Assembly: GCA_040326155.1 (NCBI GenBank)
Contig: JBEQLE010000040.1
Location: forward strand, 1 to 39,546
From: Leptospirales bacterium
GTDB taxonomy: Bacteria > Spirochaetota > Leptospiria > Turneriellales > JAOUFE01
DNA: 39,546 bases
Reading direction: 5' to 3'
The position numbers were made by a program, and so were the translations under genes. A model generated the notes under the pieces. It ran no database searches. It was not told the origin of the DNA and worked only from the letters and a program-made list of their open reading frames with translations. Within the stretch, counting starts at the first letter, position 1. Each line of letters opens with the position of its first letter. Below are positions 10,194 through 17,066 of the stretch, piece after piece.

Positions 10194-10321
10194 AGGTACG
10201 AGGGAGGGAATTCGAACCCCTCTACGTCCTTATCGGCCAGCAAACATTTCAAATAAATACACCACCTCTCGTAAAGGTTGGAATGTCCCACCATGGCCTC
10301 GCAAGAACGCCACTCCGCACC
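10194..10321 (-). ncRNA. tRNA-shaped RNA with an enlarged anticodon arm (candidate C4/CI-like antisense RNA); not a functional tRNA
   Basis: Minus strand: closing stem GGTGCGG/TCGTACC, D-like hairpin TGGC...GCCA, long stem TGGTGGGACATTCCAA/TTGAAATGTTTGCTGG, variable arm CC-GATAA-GG, T-arm GAGGGG-TTCGAAT-TCCCTC, 3' end ACCT. Confidence 0.6.
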
Positions 10322-10469
10322 ATACACATGATTTAACGTTTGTAATTTTCAATACAAGCTCCTTTACTTTATTTACGCTACTTTTGATAGTTTCAACTAG
10401 CTCAGTCACCTGGGATTCCAACCCAAACGAGATGTCAGTATTTATTTCCACATTTACATTTACAGCCAA
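10230..10469 (-). CDS. Possible 79-aa leader ORF overlapping the tRNA-like RNA and its complementary site
   Basis: ORF track, TTG start. Position is analogous to ORFs overlapping phage immunity RNAs; may be non-coding. Confidence 0.25.
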   Translation of the reverse strand: MAVNVNVEINTDISFGLESQVTELVETIKSSVNKVKELVLKITNVKSCVWCGVAFLRGHGGTFQPLREVVYLFEMFAGR

Positions 10470-10612
10470 TTCTGAGCGTTTCTACAACCCATGTACAACA
10501 CTCACATTTATGATATCTAAAAGGATTACATAATTCGGTTACAATGTCAATACTTATTCTTTATCCCATGAGCACAGGAGGTGCGAGCTTGAGAACCAAA
10601 CCGCGTTTTTTC

Positions 10613-10860
10613 GCATAACGCTTCAATTTTATCTGACGTTTTGGGGTTAACGTAGCTAGCCCTGCGAGCGCAAAACAAACCTCAAGTTTGGTGCGAGTAG
10701 GGCGGTTAAGCGGAGTTAACCCCAAAATGTGGGTGAGCATCTGCAAAAAAAACAATTGAACGAATGTCTCTATAAAAGTACAATCCATTTCAAAGTATAA
10801 AACGATGCGAACCCCGAAGGCGCGCGCAGTCGCGCCTGAGCAGATTAAAATTTGTTAGGC
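10613..10860. repeat. attC-like site, copy 3
   Basis: GCATAACGCTTCAATTTTATCTGACGTTTTGGGGTTAAC...GTTAACCCCAAAATG...CGCCTGAGCAGATTAAAATTTGTTAGGC. Confidence 0.85.
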
Positions 10861-10876
10861 GCAGGATTAACCCTAG

Positions 10877-12229
10877 ATGGACATAGAAGAAATTACTAAA
10901 GAATATCATGAAATAAAGAAGTTGCCTTCTGCCAAGATTACTGCTCAGCAAAGAGGGATTACATTTGAAAAACTTATCAATCAATTATTTGATATCCACA
11001 ATATTTCAATTAAATCAGGTTATCATACTAGTGATAATAAGTCGGAGCAAATTGATGGAGTGATAGAAGTATACCATAGAATAATATTACTTGAAATTAA
11101 ATGGGTGGAGGTGAATTTAGCTGCATCACATTTATATTCATTTATTGGAAAAGTAGATAACAAACTTGATGGAACTTTGGGCCTGTTTATCTCATACGAA
11201 GAATTATCAAATAATTTTATTGAATCAATTAGTAAAGGTAGACATAGAAATATTTTGATAATTCATGGATCAAGTAATATTGATCTATTATTTACAAAAG
11301 ATTTTCCAATAGTATTATACCTAGAATACATAATTAAACTGAGTTCATACGATAATATCAATGAATTTTCTGCAACACAATTCAACAATTTAGTAAAAGA
11401 AGACAAGGTGATTTCAAAAAATATTACTCGATTGGATAAATCAACAAAAAGTGATTTTCTTAAATATATTTTAGTGAAAAAGGAAATCGAGGATTATTTG
11501 ATTGAGGAGAAAGTGGCCGATTTGTCTGAAGAAATTATGGTTGGCGTAATTGAGTACTTATTGGAAAATTTTTCAATGTACTATAGAAGTTATATTGCTA
11601 ATGTTTCAAAAAAGAAAAATTATTTATTTCTAAATTTTGCAAGTGCTATCAGCCTTATATTAAAAAATGGAAAGATTATCAAATCGGTAACACCAAAATA
11701 TGTAAAGTTATTTGAAAAAACTCATGACTTAAACTTGTTAAATCCAATTATATTTACAAGGCTTGAAAAACCAATATATGAGTATGAAAGTTCCAGGAAA
11801 AAGAAAATATTTTCCGAAACATTGTTGGAAACGTTGAAAGAAAACCGAGGTGATTTTAATACAGAGAATACACTTACATATATCTTAGAAAATGTTTGGT
11901 CAAAAATACCAGAGAATATACGCAAGGAAATATTTGGTATTTATATGGATTTTCTATTTAGTTCAAGAAATTATGGCTTTGGACAGAAAGATTATGCAAA
12001 AACATTGATTAGCACAAATGTTGAACCCCTTAAAGAAAGTTTTATAGAAAGTTGGCTGGAACAACAAGTAGCTCTAGAGGTAGAAGAGTTCCCCATTAGC
12101 ACAGATGACCTAGACAGGGGAGCAAAATATTTTACGAGACGGTTCAAAGATGTAGCATATGGTTTAAATAAATCTGATGAAGAGCTGTATATTTACATTA
12201 GGAATTTGTTCGAAAGACACATGCCTTAA
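10877..12229 (+). CDS. PD-(D/E)XK (Mrr-like) restriction endonuclease domain plus an unrecognised C-terminal domain, cassette cargo
   Basis: RGITFEKLI...EQIDGVIE...LLEIKW...GLFIS motifs; very AT-rich. Confidence 0.75.
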   Translation: MDIEEITKEYHEIKKLPSAKITAQQRGITFEKLINQLFDIHNISIKSGYHTSDNKSEQIDGVIEVYHRIILLEIKWVEVNLAASHLYSFIGKVDNKLDGTLGLFISYEELSNNFIESISKGRHRNILIIHGSSNIDLLFTKDFPIVLYLEYIIKLSSYDNINEFSATQFNNLVKEDKVISKNITRLDKSTKSDFLKYILVKKEIEDYLIEEKVADLSEEIMVGVIEYLLENFSMYYRSYIANVSKKKNYLFLNFASAISLILKNGKIIKSVTPKYVKLFEKTHDLNLLNPIIFTRLEKPIYEYESSRKKKIFSETLLETLKENRGDFNTENTLTYILENVWSKIPENIRKEIFGIYMDFLFSSRNYGFGQKDYAKTLISTNVEPLKESFIESWLEQQVALEVEEFPISTDDLDRGAKYFTRRFKDVAYGLNKSDEELYIYIRNLFERHMP

Positions 12230-12235
12230 TCTTGC

Positions 12236-12390
12236 GTCTAACAAATTTTATCTGCCCACCCCCGACCTAAATGGGCGTAGCCCTTCATGGCGCTCGTTCT
12301 GTCTCACAATGATATTTTTCATCAATTGTTTTTTCGTAGATGCTCAACCACATTCTCATGCCACCTCCGCTTACCCGCTTTGCTCACCTG
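12236..12390. repeat. attC-like site, copy 4 (inverted relative to copies 1-3, degenerate and truncated)
   Basis: GTCTAACAAATTTTATCTGC and CAATTGTTTTTTCGTAGATGCTCAACCACATT...CTCCGCTTACCCGC match the reverse complement of copy 3. Confidence 0.75.
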
Positions 12391-12404
12391 TCTGACTCCG
12401 GCGC

Positions 12405-12486
12405 CACACAATCTTCTCTCAAATCATGTTAATCATGTAAATCCTGTCTATTCCTCTCCTCTTTTCCTGCACTTCCTGCCTTCCTT
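12405..12486 (-). repeat. Purine-rich island-flanking repeat, right arm of island 1
   Basis: AAATCATGTTAATCATGTAAATCCTGTC...TTCCTGCACTTCCTGCCTTCCTT. Confidence 0.9.
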
Positions 12487-12538
12487 AAAAAAATTTCTTT
12501 CTCCTCTTTCGTGACTCTTCAAAAGTATAAACCGATCT

Positions 12539-12620
12539 GTAGTGCGGTCGAATTCCGAACTACATACCAATGAATTTTCTACCTTAACAACCCTGAAATA
12601 CCGGTCTCGTTGCCGGCCAT
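12539..12620 (+). repeat. GTAG...CTAC REP-like repeat, copy A
   Basis: GTAGTGCGGTCGAATTCCGAACTACATACCAATGAATTTTCTACCTTAACA (51-bp core) followed by a GGTCTCGTTGCCGGCC tail. Confidence 0.85.
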
Positions 12621-12689
12621 ATTCTTTTTCTTAATCAGGTTTTTAAATAATATCTATTGACATTAGAGTTCAATAATATTTGGTTGCTC

Positions 12690-13055
12690 ATGAATCGTTG
12701 GTTCAGTGCCATTATAATTGCCGTACATTTGGTCGGGGTAGGATACATTTCTATGTCTTACAACCATAAGCAGATTAATGCAATTTGTGGTGATGTTTTG
12801 ACGGATGTTTCAGACAATACAAAATCTGAATCGAACCCTACAGGCGACAATGAAGATTCTATTTTCAGCCGTATGGGAATACCCGTTGCCACGGATGCGG
12901 GGCGTAATGTTGAGAAAGAAGAAAACCGTTTATTAGCATCTTTCTTCGAAGAGCTTGACCCGTCGTTAAACTCGAATCAATTTACGTTTATAAAACTCAA
13001 AAACGATCTCATACCTCCAGAATATAATCCAGACATTCTTCTTCTACCTTCCTAA
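12690..13055 (+). CDS. Hypothetical exported/membrane protein, first gene (possible leader) of the redoxin operon
   Basis: N-terminal hydrophobic segment, Pro-rich C-terminus; ATG 12690. Confidence 0.5.
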   Translation: MNRWFSAIIIAVHLVGVGYISMSYNHKQINAICGDVLTDVSDNTKSESNPTGDNEDSIFSRMGIPVATDAGRNVEKEENRLLASFFEELDPSLNSNQFTFIKLKNDLIPPEYNPDILLLPS

Positions 13056-13109
13056 CCCTCTACTTAAAATTTTCCCGATATTTACAAATTTTTACTAGAG
13101 GATATTGTT

Positions 13110-13616
13110 ATGTTTAAAAAAAGTTTTTTGGCCCTGAAATACATATTAAAATTTCTGGTGGTTTTTCCGGCATTTTTCTGGATGCACGCCGCCGACATGA
13201 ATTTAAATTACAGTGAATACAACTTGACCAATGAAAAAGGGGAAGTTGTTACTTTAGAGCCATATAAAAATAAAGTTTTGGTTGTTAACTTCTGGGCAAC
13301 ATGGTGTTCTCCATGTTTAAAAGAGTTACCAGAACTAAATCATATCAGTAAACAGTTTAACAGTAAAAAAGTCAAATTCATTGCGGTTGCGGTAGATAGC
13401 AAGCTTAAAAAAATATTAAAATTTAAAGAAAGGCATAACATCGATATGCAGCTATTGCTCGATACTAATGAGGAATTTTCAGATTTCTTACGAGTTTCTA
13501 TTATGCCCTCTACCTACGTATTCGATCAAAATGGAAAAATGATATTGGAAATAGAAGGATATTCAGAAAAAGGCATTCAAAAGCTTATTCAAGAAGTTGA
13601 AAAATTAATTCAATAA
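13110..13616 (+). CDS. TlpA/ResA-family thiol-disulfide oxidoreductase
   Basis: VNFWATWCSPC motif, cis-Pro loop MPST, GAGG RBS. Confidence 0.9.
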   Translation: MFKKSFLALKYILKFLVVFPAFFWMHAADMNLNYSEYNLTNEKGEVVTLEPYKNKVLVVNFWATWCSPCLKELPELNHISKQFNSKKVKFIAVAVDSKLKKILKFKERHNIDMQLLLDTNEEFSDFLRVSIMPSTYVFDQNGKMILEIEGYSEKGIQKLIQEVEKLIQ

Positions 13617-13638
13617 GAAAATTATACAAGAGGATATT

Positions 13639-14496
13639 ATGTATTTACAATCATTAAAAATTATCAAAAATTCACTATCAAAAATATACGTTAACAAATT
13701 AAAAACTGTTGGGGTTGCTCTTTTGCTGTTGCCTCTACTAAATTGCGCGGCACTGGAGTCTTCGTATACGGCGACTCTGGTTTCGGGAGGAACTCACATC
13801 GTAGGAAAATCTAATTTCGATATTAAAATTATCGATGAAACAACCGGCGAAGGCGCTGAAAACCTGACTGTAACGGTTACACCTACCATGACCATGGACA
13901 GCGGTATGGTCCATACCACTCCCGTGTACTCTGTTACCGATTCTGGAAGTGGGGTGTATAGTGTGGAGGCTTATTATCTTATGCCCTCCATGGCAGGCAG
14001 CTGGCAAATTCATGTAGATGTAGATGGAAGCAACATTGCCAAACTCGACACCACCGTATCTGGAGCTGGAACGGATAAAGCTACCTTAAAAGGTGTTACC
14101 GATAAGTTTCTGCAAATGGGAATGGTAACGAACCGTTTCTATTTTATTTTTGAAAACAATATAGACGCAGCCGGCAATAGCGCTCTCTTATTTGTTGCTA
14201 CTCGAAATTCCCTTACGGAACATCCCTCCTTATATTATGGGTTGAGTCTTACAGATGAAAACTCCGCCGACTGGACGGTAAACAGTGCTAGCAATGCAAC
14301 GACTGTCAAGATTAATACTCAATCGGATGGATTGGGCGCATGGCAGTCCTTAACCCATTTAGGTGGGGGCTACTACCAGGGGACCGGTTTGACCATACCA
14401 CCCGCTCCCATTGCTGTGGAAGTACAAGTGAATACAGAAATAAAAACTCTGGATGGAACCGGCGGCGGACAAGCTTTCGGATTTTTGCCATATTAA
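13639..14496 (+). CDS. YtkA/FixH-like lipoprotein
   Basis: Lipobox-like LLNC; PTMTMDSGMVHTTP and YYLMPSM Met/His motifs. Confidence 0.6.
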   Translation: MYLQSLKIIKNSLSKIYVNKLKTVGVALLLLPLLNCAALESSYTATLVSGGTHIVGKSNFDIKIIDETTGEGAENLTVTVTPTMTMDSGMVHTTPVYSVTDSGSGVYSVEAYYLMPSMAGSWQIHVDVDGSNIAKLDTTVSGAGTDKATLKGVTDKFLQMGMVTNRFYFIFENNIDAAGNSALLFVATRNSLTEHPSLYYGLSLTDENSADWTVNSASNATTVKINTQSDGLGAWQSLTHLGGGYYQGTGLTIPPAPIAVEVQVNTEIKTLDGTGGGQAFGFLPY

Positions 14497-14587
14497 AAAA
14501 AGATTGAAAAGTGGATATCGAAGCGGCGTAAAATTGTCGCTTCGATTACCTGAAAAACATGAATAATATATACCGGAAGATTTGAAT

Positions 14588-15604
14588 ATGAAACGCATTT
14601 TTTATAAAATTCAGAAAACAAAATATCAAAAAAGAAAAAGTGTGAAGCTTATTCAGGCGTTAATTATAGCAATTACCGCCTGGATAATTCCTGTGGAAGT
14701 TCACGCCGCTTCCTGTTGCGGAGGTGGGTCGAGCACTTCATTAATTTTACCAAAATTTTCTAAAAGCATGGTTAGCTTCTCAGCAGGCTCTGAAATATAC
14801 CATGGCTCTTATGACGTCGAAGGATTTCATAATCCCGACCCCCCACAGTCCGATCTGAAACAGTATAAAACCACCATTGGTGGGGCTATACGATTGAGCG
14901 ATCGGTTTCAACTGGCTTTAAGTATTCCTTATGTATGGAACTCCATTCAATACTCCGGCGTCTCTTCAACCAGCAATGGCCTGGGAGATTCCTCTTTAAA
15001 CTTAACTTACGAAACCTTCGACAATGTTCGCTGTGTCTGGAAAGTTCGAGATTTTAGTGATTTAATACCCGCTATATATTTTGGCGTGGGCTTTTTATTG
15101 CCGACGGGAAATTCCCAATATTCCAGTATAAAAGACAATTTTCATATTACCGGGCGCGGGTTTTACAGGGGCGATCTAAAACTTTTAATCGATAAATCGA
15201 TTTATGCTTTTAATATTTCTCTGGGAGCCACCTATGGAAAACATTTTACCAGACCGGTCAATCGTGAATACGGAGAGTATATAACTCCGTATACGAAACA
15301 GCTGGGTGACAGGTTGGTTCTTAACGCTGCAATGGGATATACGTTTAACTTAGATATTGTAAATTTGACTTTAACGGGGGCTTACTCTCGTGTTGAAGAG
15401 TTTGCGGGTAAAATAGGGGGAAAATCGAACCCCTTTACCGCTTTTACAAAAAATGTATTGTCATTTACAACTTCAGTTGCAACAGCAGATAAAAACAAAG
15501 TGTTAAAGTTTACAATATCTCATTCTCCAGAAAAAGATTATTGGGGAACAAATACAGCGGCTACAAATACATTTTCAATAGAGGTTTGGAATGTCATACG
15601 TTAA
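14588..15604 (+). CDS. Putative outer-membrane 'transporter' beta-barrel with an N-terminal CC motif
   Basis: Signal peptide then AASCCGGG; GLGDS and LPTG motifs typical of MetA-pathway/DUF3187-like barrels. Confidence 0.6.
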   Translation: MKRIFYKIQKTKYQKRKSVKLIQALIIAITAWIIPVEVHAASCCGGGSSTSLILPKFSKSMVSFSAGSEIYHGSYDVEGFHNPDPPQSDLKQYKTTIGGAIRLSDRFQLALSIPYVWNSIQYSGVSSTSNGLGDSSLNLTYETFDNVRCVWKVRDFSDLIPAIYFGVGFLLPTGNSQYSSIKDNFHITGRGFYRGDLKLLIDKSIYAFNISLGATYGKHFTRPVNREYGEYITPYTKQLGDRLVLNAAMGYTFNLDIVNLTLTGAYSRVEEFAGKIGGKSNPFTAFTKNVLSFTTSVATADKNKVLKFTISHSPEKDYWGTNTAATNTFSIEVWNVIR

Positions 15605-16148
15605 TAAAATACTTACTTTCACTTTTGTTATCTTGTTGAGTGTTTCAGGCTCACGGTGCTCCAACCTTACGGACGATCTGTTCCCCAGCTCAGAAGATTT
15701 ATCGGACACACAGACAACATCCTATGACGGTGATGTTGGCAATATCGTAGACGATTTAAGTTTTGTGGACTCCGACGGTATTTCTAGAAACTTTTCAGAT
15801 TACATACCAGCTCAATCTGGTATTGTTTTATATTTTACCATGTGGTGCGCTATTTGTACAAGTCATACGGACCATATAATCAATAATATTGAACCTTTTT
15901 ATGCAAATGTTACCTTTTTGGTTGTTGATTATGTTTCCGGGAGTGTTTCCAATACGAAAACTTCAGCCATTGCTACTGGAATTAACGGTAAAATAACCGT
16001 AATATCGGATAAAAATGATACTCTGGCGGATTATTTTGGCGGTTTAATGTCAAAAACGGTTTTAATTGATGCAAATGGTGAGGTTTTACTGAATGAAGAC
16101 TTTAGGAACGGCGCTCGCCTGGAAAATCTTTTAAACACTCTGCCTTAA
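15591..16148 (+). CDS. Redoxin/peroxiredoxin-like lipoprotein
   Basis: Lipoprotein-like Cys (SRC-S); LYFTMWCAIC motif. Confidence 0.75.
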   Translation: MSYVNKILTFTFVILLSVSGSRCSNLTDDLFPSSEDLSDTQTTSYDGDVGNIVDDLSFVDSDGISRNFSDYIPAQSGIVLYFTMWCAICTSHTDHIINNIEPFYANVTFLVVDYVSGSVSNTKTSAIATGINGKITVISDKNDTLADYFGGLMSKTVLIDANGEVLLNEDFRNGARLENLLNTLP

Positions 16149-16182
16149 GCTTGAATCTCTTGACGCCCCGTCTTCAATCGAA

Positions 16183-17037
16183 TTGGCTACAAAACTCATG
16201 AAGGTTAAACGGCAAACAGATTGCCAGATATGTGCTGTGGCTTTAAAAATGCCAAATAAGGCGTATGGAAAGTGTCCCGATTGTGGTTTAATTCACTTTG
16301 CGCAGGCGCGTAGTGTAAAATATGAGTCAGATTATTTTAACACAGAGTATATAAACCAATACGGTAGATCTTACCTGGACGATAAAATTCAAATACAAGG
16401 AAAGATGAAAGAGAGACTTGAAATTTGTCATCATTATTCGGCGCAGATGAACAAAGGTCAGCTGCTTGAAGTTGGTTCGGCGGCAGGTTTTTTTTTAGAG
16501 TTGGTTAAAGCCAGAGGTATGTCAGCGCAAGGGTGGGAGATTTCAAAGAAAATGGCAAATATAGCAAACCAAAAAGGTTTAAAAACAAAAGCCGGTGACT
16601 TTTTTTCTTTGTATCAAAAATGGTCAAAAGGGAAAAATGAACCTTTTCAATCTGTTGCTATGTTTTATGTATTGGAGCATGTTTCCCAGCAAAAAAAAAT
16701 GTGGCAAGCTTTAAGCCAACTCGTGGAAAACGGGGGGCATCTGTTGCTTGCTTTACCATCCACAGCCGGCCCTGGTTTTTTCTTTCATGGAAAGAAGTGG
16801 GTTAAAGACCATCCGCTAGACCATTTTGTCGATTACTCTCCGCGAACTCTTAAAATTATAGCAAAAAAATTCGGGTTTAAAATGCTCGTAGCCAAATCAG
16901 AAGGAATACACCCGGAACGTTTTCCATTGGGCAGGTTTCGTTTGTTCAGAAACTTCTGGAAAATGGCGCAACGTGCATATCCGGTTTCAGATACATTTTT
17001 TGCTTTGTTGCAAAAACGTACACAGAATAATTTTTAA
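16183..17037 (+). CDS. Class I SAM-dependent methyltransferase with N-terminal Zn ribbon
   Basis: CQIC/CPDCG, LLEVGSAAG, VLEHV motifs. Confidence 0.85.
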   Translation: MATKLMKVKRQTDCQICAVALKMPNKAYGKCPDCGLIHFAQARSVKYESDYFNTEYINQYGRSYLDDKIQIQGKMKERLEICHHYSAQMNKGQLLEVGSAAGFFLELVKARGMSAQGWEISKKMANIANQKGLKTKAGDFFSLYQKWSKGKNEPFQSVAMFYVLEHVSQQKKMWQALSQLVENGGHLLLALPSTAGPGFFFHGKKWVKDHPLDHFVDYSPRTLKIIAKKFGFKMLVAKSEGIHPERFPLGRFRLFRNFWKMAQRAYPVSDTFFALLQKRTQNNF

Positions 17038-17066
17038 AAATATAGATTGAAGTACCCAATATAGAT

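Noticed and set aside
10194..10321. Functional tRNA-Ser/Leu gene
   Set aside because: No canonical D-loop GG, no 5-bp/7-nt anticodon arm, mismatched acceptor stem, and it ends in CCT. Kept only as a tRNA-like RNA.
10251..10447. Retron msr-msd or 6S RNA
   Set aside because: No reverse transcriptase nearby; the interior does not form the continuous rod of 6S; the IR overlaps a tRNA-like fold instead.
6898..12514. Short ORFs 6898-7116, 10153-10533, 10561-10788, 10790-10984, 12177-12395, 12287-12514
   Set aside because: They run through repeats or structured elements or overlap real genes, with no recognisable motifs.
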